Below the pieces are notes generated by a model. It had not been told where the DNA came from. It saw only the letters and a program-made list of their open reading frames with translations, and did no database searches. The translations under genes and the position numbers were made by a program. From Octopus vulgaris (lineage: Eukaryota): 64,000 bases of DNA. Below are positions 52,071 through 64,000 of this stretch, piece after piece (positions within the stretch are counted from its first letter, which is position 1; every line of letters begins with the position of its first letter). The DNA is taken from NCBI GenBank assembly GCA_951406725.2, contig OX597814.1, positions 50,344,001 through 50,408,000 on the forward strand, written 5' to 3'.

Positions 52071-53052
52071 TTATCATTGTCAACAAGACCGGAAATTTTG
52101 TTTCAGAAAAAGAACGCTTAGTTTCGCATTCGTGTGGTCTACTACAGTAGATTAATTAAATGACGTATACAACCAGACACAGAAAAAAAAAGAAAACAAA
52201 CAATCTAAACACAGTAAAATTTCAATTATTTGTGTGGCATGGAGTCTCGTGGAATTTGTCACAGTTAATTAGCTGCAATTTGACAGCAATGATTCAAAGA
52301 ATTTTCGAAAATTTGTCAATTTAAGCAGAAAACTTCAAGATATATATAAATATATTAACGGCATGTGTAAGAAAAATCAATGCAATTAAGATCAAATGAT
52401 CCATGATTTTTTTTTATACAAGAAAGTACAGCTATGTCAGAGCATATATCTTCTGCTGCTTGGTTATTTGCTTGGAGAATGAGAATCTTACAGATTACTG
52501 CTAATCTCCTGTCAAAACATGGTACATAGGAAAGTTGGGAATTTTGCAGAGAGTAATAATGGCTGAAATGCATAATGTATATGTACATATGTGATGGTAT
52601 GTGAGCAAACGCGATAGGTGACCAAATTTGTCCCCAGTAAAGAGATAAGAAATATTGCGAATGAATATTAATGATCATGTCTGTTAGTCTTTAAGAGCGA
52701 CCGAAAGAGTTCGTAGATGAAGTTATATCGTAATTGTTGGTGAAACAAAAGACACATATGTTAGCTATGTACAAGGGCCTCCTTTCAATAAACGACTTAT
52801 TATCCAATGTTGACAGGTCAGCCGAAGTTCCTAATCTTGATAATTCAGCAGAAACATATAAGCCAACAAACACTATTTCAACTACTGATGAAACTATCCT
52901 ACCTCCAGACAAAGAGACAGTGATTCAATAAAGTCTAATAAACATACTGCTGGCACAGTTACATGCAATTGAATAGCTGCAGACCATCCTACATTACAAT
53001 GAATATCAATGTTAGATGTTTATCTAAATCTCGTATTGTTGACATCTCTCTC

Positions 53053-53880
<828 letters not shown>

Positions 53881-54130
53881 ATATAAGAAATATGTTACAA
53901 AAAGAAAATAGAAACTACACGTGGTAATGTAAGGGGAAAGTAAGAAAACGAAAATGCACATTGTAAATAAAAAAAAGTAAAGGCTTTTTATGAAGAGTAA
54001 CGTCAGATATATACAATTAGATGAACTGAGGTAGGAATAAAAGTAATGAAAGTCATGATTGTGAGATTATTAAAGAGATTCAAGTATAGCGGCGGTTTCG
54101 TAAGTTTCTATTCATTGCTTTGAATGAACG

Positions 54131-54169
<39 letters not shown>

Positions 54170-54314
54170 GTAATGGTGTCAAAAAGACCCTAAGGTGTCA
54201 GGTAATACTGAGTAAGTGCTATGGACAGATTATAGTTAAGCTCCATGTTCGGTAATTCTGCGAATGAGGAGTCCAACTTAGGTCGAATATCAGCATGCGT
54301 TTATATAAAAAAGG

Positions 54315-54698
54315 ATTTAATAGAATGAGATAAAAATCCAAGGCTGTGAAAGATTTCAGAACATTTATAAATAGGTCTCACAGCTGTTTCCGGGATATTT
54401 TATATATCCCTTCATCGGAGACGGTGTGAGATAATGGATAAGCAATAGTTATTCTAGATAAGATTTGAAATTGAGAGTGAAGTGGAGGAAAGAAAATAGA
54501 CGTAAGATATGCAGGGTATTGTATTTGCAATTCCATTATTTAGGCAGAATGGTCTTGTCTAGACTAATTATTGCTTATCCATTTTTCACACTGTCTACGA
54601 TGAAGGGATATATAAAATATCCCGGAAACAATTGTAAGACCTATTTATAAATGTTCTGAAATCTTTCAGCCTTGGATTTTTATCTCATTCTGTTAAAT
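54315..54698. mobile_element. Fold-back element with ~147-bp inverted arms, each carrying a variant minimal hammerhead
   Basis: Arms 54315-54463 and 54553-54698. Plus motif 54593-54640: GTCT-ACGATGAA-GGGATAT ATAAA ATATCCC-G-GAAA-CAATTG-TA-AGAC. Minus motif 54375-54422: GTCT-CCGATGAA-...-GAAA-CAGCTG-TG-AGAC. Confidence 0.82.
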
Positions 54699-54709
54699 TT
54701 ATATATATA

Positions 54710-56171
<1,462 letters not shown>

Positions 56172-56451
56172 ATACAAAGATAAATTGATAGATACAACTG
56201 AGTGGGCAAACAAAAATATGAGACACAGCCTAGTGCTTTTTTTATGTTGATAAGCTTAGTACTTATTCTATTAGTTTGTTCTTGTGAAACCAGTAAGTTA
56301 AGTGGATGTAAATAAATGAACAGCAGTTGTGAAGCAGTGGTGAGGGTAAAACACAAAGACAAAGACACACACATACACTTGTATATATATATACATACAT
56401 ATATATACGATTGATTTGATTCAGTTCCTGTCTACGAAATCCATATATATA

Positions 56452-58560
56452 TTGTTGTTGGCATCCTTTTTGTCTCGGGAGACAATGGAGTTGCGCATAA
56501 AATAATCTAGTCCGGCTTTTACATTTCATGTCCTAATACATCTCCTGCTGTGGCTGTGTAGTCCTATCCTGGACGAACTCTCCCTCTGGTAGGTGCCGCA
56601 AATGTAGCGAAGACTTTGCCTGGCTGGTTGTAATGTCATAGTTTCTTGTTGACGTCTTTTCTTGTCTTTCCATTCTCCTCTCTCTCTATGTCACTTCTTT
56701 GTATTCCCTCTTTTACGGTACGTCGCCAATCTGCACTGTTGCTGGCAACTGCTTCCCAGTTGGTAATATTGATGTTGCAGGCATTCATGTCCCTTTTGCA
56801 AACGTCCTTGTATCGTAAGAACGGTCTTCCCACAGACCTAGTGCCCCTATCAAGCTCTCCGTTGAGTATGTCCTTGAGGATTCTGCCATCTTCCATACAG
56901 CTAATATGTCCAAGCCATCTCATACGTCTTTGTGTGAGGAGTGCAAACATGCTTGGTATTCCTGCTTGCTTGAGGACATCTTCGTTGGGGACATGATTCT
57001 GCCATTTGATGCGAAGGATTTTCCGGAGACAGCGCAGGTGAAATATATTTAGGCGACGTATGGCGTCGTATTGCGTGTGTATGGCGTCCAAGTCTCACTT
57101 CCATACAGTTGAGTGCTAAGTACACATGCCTGGTAAATCTTCATTTTCGTGGTCTTGGTCAGCTTATTGTTGTCCCATGCCCGTTTGGAGAGTTGGGCCA
57201 TCACAACAGCTGCCTTGCCAATGCGTATATTAAGCTCAGCATCACGGGATAGATTGTGTTGACGGTAGAGCCAAGATAGGTAAACTTCTCCACCTCCTGT
57301 AGCCTGTGGTCTCCAATATGTATGTTTGGGATGTCCGATGTAGCCTGACCCATGGTGTTGGTCTTCTTGAGGCTGATAACTAAGCCAAAGTTGCCACATG
57401 TTTGCTCAAAACAGTTGATGAGCCTTTGTAGGGCTTCTTCTATGTGTGATACCAGAGCGGCATCATCTACAAATAGCATCTCCTTGATCAGGACGCTTCT
57501 GATTTTGGTTTTGGCACGCAGACGTGAGAGATTGAACAGTTTCCCATCACTTCTACTGTGCAGAAACAATCCATCATCTGATGTCTCAAAGGCATGTGAC
57601 AGCAGCAGCGAGACGAAGATGACAAATAATGTACTAGCAAGGACACAACCTTGCTTTATCCCGATTTTTATTTGGAAGCCGGCTGATGTTGAACCATAGT
57701 GCTGTATGGTGCCTTGCATATCATCATGGAAAGATTTGATGATCCTCAGCAGCTTTGGTGGACATCCGATTTTTTTGGAGCAGGATGAAGAGGCCTTTTC
57801 TACTTACCAAGTCAAAGGCCTTGAATTCAAAGGCCGATCAATGAAGGCCATATATAATGGCATTTTCTGCTCTCTGGACTTCTCCTGAAGTTGGCGTATG
57901 GAGAATATCATGTCAATAGTTGATCTGCTTCTTCTAAAGTCACACTGCGATTCTTGATAAATTCGAGAAGCAAGCAGTTGTAGCCTGGACAGGATAATGT
58001 GAGCAGAGGCCTTTCCAACAGTGCTTTGAAGAGATATTCCAATGGTAATTGTTACAATCACCACGGTCACCTCTGTTTTTGTAAAGCGTAATTATGTTAA
58101 CATCCCGCATATCCTGAGGTACTGTATCCTCTTCCCAGCACTGACACAGAAGCTCATGAATGTGCCGAAGCAGGATGGTGTTTTTGCCGGTTTTGATGAT
58201 CTCTAAGGGGATGTCGTCTTTTCCCGGAGCCTTGTTACTTGCTAGAGAGTCAATAGCCTTGGTGAGCTCTGCTATAGATGGCAGACTGTCAAGTTCACAC
58301 ATGACTGGCAAGCTCTTGACACCCTCCATTGCAGCCTCAGCTACCGTGAACCCCGTGAGTACAGATCCTGGTAGTACTCCACCCATCTATCCATTTGCTT
58401 GCTTTTGTCCTTGATGAGATCTCCAGTAGTTGATTTCAGAGGGGCTGACTTGGTTGCGGATGGACCGAGGGCCTTCTTCAAACCGACATACATCCCACGG
58501 GTGTCGCCACTGTCAGCAGCTGACTGGATACTCTGACAGATTTCCTGCCGAAAATTCCAA
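56452..58560 (-). mobile_element. RTE-clade LINE, ~2.1 kb, 5'-truncated, frameshifted RT
   Basis: KAPGKDDIP, QESQCDFR..RSTIDMIFSIRQLQEK, GIKQGCVLASTLF, MLFVDDAAL, FTYLGS, LYGSETW, RRMRWLGH; (CAA)n 3' tail. Confidence 0.95.
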
Positions 58561-60192
58561 AATAAGACTTGAAGTGAGACCATTGGTTCCGATTGAATAT
58601 ATTATTGATACTCTTCTTTCAGTTGATTTTATATTCGATTGAGAATCATGTCATCATTTTATTAATCTTCTACTTCCATAAGTCCTATAGATAATTTATA
58701 AATGCCTTTATCTCCTGTATTTATTCTGTAATTGACAATTATTCAGGCTTCACTGAGTTTCTCATATACCAAAGATCTAGGTTTTTTGCCATTCAACCAC
58801 AGAAAAAACTCAAATAATAACCATAATCGAATAATAAATTCAACATGAAAACGATCCGTTATACATAATTAAGAGGTTAAGCAGAATTTTTCGCGAAATC
58901 AGCGGGATACAATATTCTCTTTGAGGCTGATTTATTATTTTTTCTTTATAGTAAATTATGAATGTACTATACCTTTCATTTTTGTTTAATCTATTAAGTT
59001 TTAAAGTAGTATAAATATATTTGGCACAATGTTGTAGTCTTTACAATCTAGTCGAATTGTTAGAGCTCTAACATATATTTTAATGTACAGTTACACTCCG
59101 ACAGTAGGCACCATATTTAAACTATTTTGACTTGTCAAACTAGGTAATATTCTATTACAACACAATATGGTTCACTTTCAATGATAACAGCAAGAAACAA
59201 ATAATTAAAATAAATAACACTCAAATATCTTTTACGAGTATTATTTATTAAATTAGTTTATTCGCAAGCCATATTTTGTAAATATTGTGGATGCGGCTAT
59301 TAATTAAATTTAAAATATTAATTAAATTTGCATTTTAGATTGAGATATTTTGTAAAGTCAGCTTTCATATAAGAGGTTGATATAACAATTTTCTATTGTT
59401 CATTAATATGGGAATCATGTAAATTATACTTACAAACTCTATGCATATTTATCTTACAGAAAATAATTAGTAAATAATAAAGGAAATGCATCTGCATGAT
59501 CTCTGCTAATTTCAGTTATGCTGCATTCATCTTCAGCAAACGTCATGAAATCTAATAATTCATATACTTCTATTTTTTTAAGAATTTCTTTTATCTACTT
59601 CAACATATTGTTCCAGTAGTTGTTGTAATATAACCTTAGGTCAGTTCTGATTGAGTATAACTTTAATCTATGACATTCTAGCCGTAAAAATTCCGTCTTT
59701 TTTAGAACTATTTAGTAATACATTTTATAATGTATACTTTATCCTTATTGAGTTGGTAGGCTGAGATTTGAAGGATATTTGGCTTCTATTTCAAGCAGTT
59801 CACATCGTAGTTCCCTTGTTGGTTCATCATTGTTTAAGTAAATGGATTTAGTGTAGGTCCTCTCAGTAATAAACAATTCCTTAAGAGCAGTGATGCACTA
59901 TAGTCAAGGATAGGCCTACTATCATCTATTAACTCGTGTATTATTAATATTGGCCGGCGGTAAAACATATAGCTGAATTGCTAGAGGACTAATGTATATT
60001 TTAATATACAGTTATTCTCCAACGGCAGATGCCGGAGTGAAAGTATTTTGACTCAACAAAATACGTAACATTCTGCTACAATACAATATGGGACATTTGC
60101 AAAGATAGTAAAAAGAGAAAATTAATTATAATAAATAACATTCAAATACCTTTTACAAATAATAACTCCCTGATCTATATATTAAGTGTGAG

Positions 60193-60540
60193 CAAAGCGC
60201 TTCAAGGACACACTGAATGCCTTACTGGAAGCCTTCAACATCGACCATGACACTTGGGAACAGTCTGCTCTAGACAGAGAAGGGTGCCGATCAGCTGTCC
60301 ACAAGGGTGCCAACTCATGCGAGACCAATATGATCGCTACTGCAGAAGACCGCAGACAAGCCAGGAAGAACAGAGCTAACAACTCTGTAACAGGCGCTAC
60401 CATTCCCTGTCCACACTGCCAAAGACTCTTTCGGGCGAAAATTGGCCTCACTAGCCATCTGCGGATTCACAAAACAAGCCCCCCCCCCCGGATGACTAGA
60501 TGGTTTTCGTCCCATCGACGAACAAACCACGACGAACAAA
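60193..60540 (+). mobile_element. RTE-clade LINE 3' fragment
   Basis: KRFKDTL...WEQSALDR...CPHCQRLFRAKIGLTSHLRIH C2H2 terminus. Confidence 0.88.
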
Positions 60541-60792
60541 GCACGCTAATATTAGATATCTATCCCTTGCAGTGGAAATTTTCGTACTGTGACTTGTTTA
60601 CAGGTCATACCACATTTGTTTGCATAAAATGGAAACTATCCTTGAGAAATTATTGGTTCATTTTTACTCACTAACCAACTGTTCACGGCTACAGTAGCTG
60701 CGAGTACTTCAGGCATACAAAGTTTTAATTAAATGCTCAGAATTTTAAGCAAGTGGAATACATATTCGTAGTATTGCTCAGGTTCAATCCAA

Positions 60793-61006
60793 GGTCGGCG
60801 AGCTGGCAGAAACGTTAGCACACCGGGCGTAATGCTTAGCGGTTTTTCGTCTGTTTTTACGTTCTGAGTTCAAATTCCGCCGAGGTCGACTGTGCTTTTC
60901 ATCCTCTCGAGGTCGATAAATTAAGTACCAGTTACGTACTATGGTCGATCTAATCGACTAGCTCCCTTCCCAAAATGTTGGGCCTTGTACCTAGAGTAGA
61001 AAAGAT
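60793..61006 (+). mobile_element. SINE family A copy
   Basis: GGCGAGCTGGCAGAAACGTTAGC...GAGTTCAAATTCCGCCGAGGTCGAC...AAGTACCAG...GTACCTAGAGTAGAAA. Confidence 0.92.
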
Positions 61007-61608
61007 TACTCAGGTTCACTCGTTACCTTATCTCACTTTAATAGCTACACCCTACTTCGAAGCAACACTATTATAATAGCCGGATCTATAAGGGAACAAA
61101 GGGGCAATTGATCCAGGCCTTCCATATGTCGGGGGCTCGCTGCTTCCCAGAAAGCTTGCATGAAGAAGGCCTTCCGCTATCTACTTAAAAATCCATGAAA
61201 AAGATACCACATTTCTCCACTTTATCGACATCAGAAAAGATACTCAACCCTACGATAACTACTAGCCAGTTCTCTAGAAGAAGTTTTAAATATCTTGGGA
61301 ATAAAATGAGTGGATGGATTTAGAAAAGAATAGTAACAAAAACAAACTTATCACTACCATCTACGAAGAAATTGATGGATATAATTCCATTCAGAATTCT
61401 TAACACTCCCCATAGCCCCACCGGCTCACTTATATATATATATATATACATATATACAAATATATGCGTGTGTATGCGCGCGTGCGCGTGTAGTGAACCT
61501 TTAATCCATATACATTTTTCTCTCTCCTTTTTTTTCCTCTTAATCCATTTTTCCCGAGCGCGCTAAACTAATACACCTGTTTGTTCCTTCATCTGTCATC
61601 GCATTTTG

Positions 61609-61670
<62 letters not shown>

Positions 61671-61690
61671 CTTATACATATATACACATA

Positions 61691-61750
61691 CGAGGTCTGA
61701 TCAATAAGTATCCGGACTGTTGCCATAGTAATAACGCTAAAGCATGTAGA

Positions 61751-61754
<4 letters not shown>
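61691..61754 (+). mobile_element. Solo mariner end, same family as 12591-13462
   Basis: TA|CGAGGTCTGATCAATAAGTATCCGGACTGTTGCCATAG...; truncated by (TA)n. Confidence 0.85.
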
Positions 61755-61808
<54 letters not shown>

Positions 61809-61867
61809 CATATATATATATACACACATACATATATATATATATATACATACATACATACATACAT

Positions 61868-61937
<70 letters not shown>

Positions 61938-61939
<2 letters not shown>

Positions 61940-63134
61940 AAAAAATGAAGTTCGAAAATGCTGCTGTATTATACAATTTTTAATTTTTATATATACATTA
62001 TAACATGTTTCAGTTCCTGAAATGAACTTTATCAAAAAAAGTTATATATAAAAAAAGACAGCTCATGCCGTCAAACACAAGAAATTCATTTATAATACAC
62101 AACGGAGTCAGACATCTTAGAGTTCATGTATAGTTGATATATAGTTCATGTATAGTTGATATATAGTTTGAAGTATATGTTCAAAGTGTTCGATGCAGTG
62201 GCCCACGGTGGCGATACGTATTCAATACAAAAAACAGATCAAAGTGGTGGAAAGCGGTCAATACAGAAGATTGATGTTTCCGAAAGAGCGAGGAATTCAT
62301 TTTTACCTTAAGCAAATGTGATGACCCATGGTGGATGTTCGCTGGGTGGTTCTAATGAGTTTTTGTGAAGTGCTCGGTTTTATAATGCTTGTTAGGTGGT
62401 CAATCCAGCGTAGCGTGACGTCATCAACGTTTTGACCAATCGTTTCGTTAGGTGGCTTTAGTCAAGTAGAACGGGACGTCATCATTATTTTGACCAATCA
62501 CTGCATTATAACTGCCTCTTGTTTGTTTCCTGTTTTGACCAGTCGCTTCGTTAGTCAAGCAGAACGGGACGTCATGCAGATTCTGCCCAATCACGACTTA
62601 TAGCTACATTAGATCTGCCCCCTGTCTGTACTTGTTAGGTGACTATTCAAGCAGAAAAGGACGTCATCAATATTCTGACTAATGACTGTCCCCTGTTTGT
62701 ATCCTGTCCATTCTAGCTGAGCTAGACGTCATCAACTTGTTGACCAATCAGAATCGGGTCTGACCCATAGCTGTATCGTATGTATCAGGGTCAGATTTGC
62801 ACGAAAGAATTTTTTTCCTTTTTTACTTAGGCATATTTCCGTCAGAGTGAGTGTCTGTTTGAAGTAGCGGCCGTGGTGGAATTTTGCTTCTACTTTTCGG
62901 AGGACTTATCTTTTGTTTTAGTATTCCTGGCCCAGGGTGTTTAAACTTGGTCTAAATTTTTTTATGAAATATAGTTCTTTATTTTGGCGTTGTGTGAAGG
63001 TTGCATTGTCACTGAATTTATAGAGCGGGTTAGTTGTAAATTTCGGATTTACATTTCCAGCACATCTATCTATGTGTCCGCTGACCGGTATTTTGCGGTA
63101 ATCAGGGTTTCTAATTTGTGATTTATGCACCGCC
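61938..63134 (-). mobile_element. Penelope-like element 3' fragment: GIY-YIG endonuclease C-terminus plus long 3'/pLTR region
   Basis: ORF 62918-63136 AVHKSQIRNP.YRKIPVSGHIDRC...F...PLYK...R..KELYFIKKFRPSLN matches the PLE GIY-YIG C-terminal pattern (E..FI....P.LN). Decayed hammerhead TTGATAA-AGTTC..GAACT-GAAA-CATG-TT near 61996-62035. Flanked by (TA)n. Confidence 0.8.
62417..62749. promoter_or_regulatory. Five-copy array of GACGTCAT(C/G)-N7-TG(A/C)C(C/T)AAT modules (CRE-like plus CCAAT box)
   Basis: Copies at 62417-41, 62475-99, 62568-92, 62660-84 and 62725-49; spacer length fixed at 7, spacer sequence variable. Confidence 0.6.
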
Positions 63135-64000
63135 ATATATATATATATAGACATCATACATGCACATAAATAAACGTATATATGAGTATGTGTATGTCGG
63201 TAGGTGGTGAATAATAAATGCAATAATAAAAAAAAGAAAACAAAAAATTAGCAGGAGAGACACATACGCGAAAACACACATATACATGCATACACTTGCA
63301 TACATACATACATACATACATACATACATACATACATACATACATTAATAAATCTTCGAGGCCCTACAAATGGTCAAGGGCACTGCCATCCCCCTGGCAT
63401 TTGACTATATTATTTCGGAAGTTTCAGTTATAGAACATGAGATTCTAACCATCATCATTTCAACATTTATTCTCACTCACTCACTCCGGCCTGGAAAATT
63501 GAAGGCAACTTTTACATAGTTTTTGCCTAACTTTAACTTGTCATAGCAATCTACATAAGAAAATTGATATGATTACTAAATGGAATTTAGGAAAAAATAT
63601 ACCTGGTTATGATATTGTATAAAGAGGTGATTAACAAATGTATCAAAGCTGATGTGATGGAATCTTCGTTCGTTCGATAAATTTGGTGTCTTGACATTAA
63701 GTAGACATTATCATTTCGTTTATTCGCATGAATCTACAATGTTCTCTTTGCAAGAAGTGTAGTATAATTTTTCATATCTCATGTTCTATATTCTTCTTGT
63801 TTGTATTTCTATTTGAATTATAAATTTGCTTATTTAATAGTGCCACTAGTTAAAAATCGATTTTGGTAAGTAATTTCAATGTTTAGGTTATCTGACAGAA
63901 CGACCTCAGCAGAAAATTGAATTGATGTCTAGGGAATAAAATAAGTTTTATTTTATACCATTAACAGTTAAGGCTAAGGTGCATCCTTAGATGTTAAGCT

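Noticed and set aside
59494-59548. Minus-strand CTGAAGA...GAAA inside a weak hairpin
   Set aside because: Stem II does not form and the core would be sequestered; likely chance.

Overview
This is AT-rich, microsatellite-dense eukaryotic DNA with no supportable host protein-coding gene. Nearly all ORF-track entries are microsatellite or antisense-TE artefacts. The SINE/LINE repertoire looks like a coleoid cephalopod (Octopus-like) genome; this is my inference from recalled repeat families and is unverified. The window holds three tRNA-derived SINE families, RTE/CR1/Jockey-like LINE fragments, a Tc1, two mariner families, a Gypsy relic, a non-autonomous Helitron and a Penelope-like (PLE) GIY-YIG fragment. 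Main observation: many hammerhead-ribozyme (HHR) motifs sit in short non-coding elements next to (TA)n or (TG)n microsatellites. Three of them (12391-12462 +, 36658-36730 -, 37387-37461 +), from two unrelated sequence families, have the three HHR strands in a NON-circularly permuted order: [III-UH-I]-[II-GAAA-III]-[I-CUGANGA-II]. An extra outer helix clamps the first two strands, and one helix shows a compensatory change between copies. Conventional minimal type I PLE-type HHRs occur in fold-back and partial-tandem elements. All folds were assigned by eye; no activity was tested.
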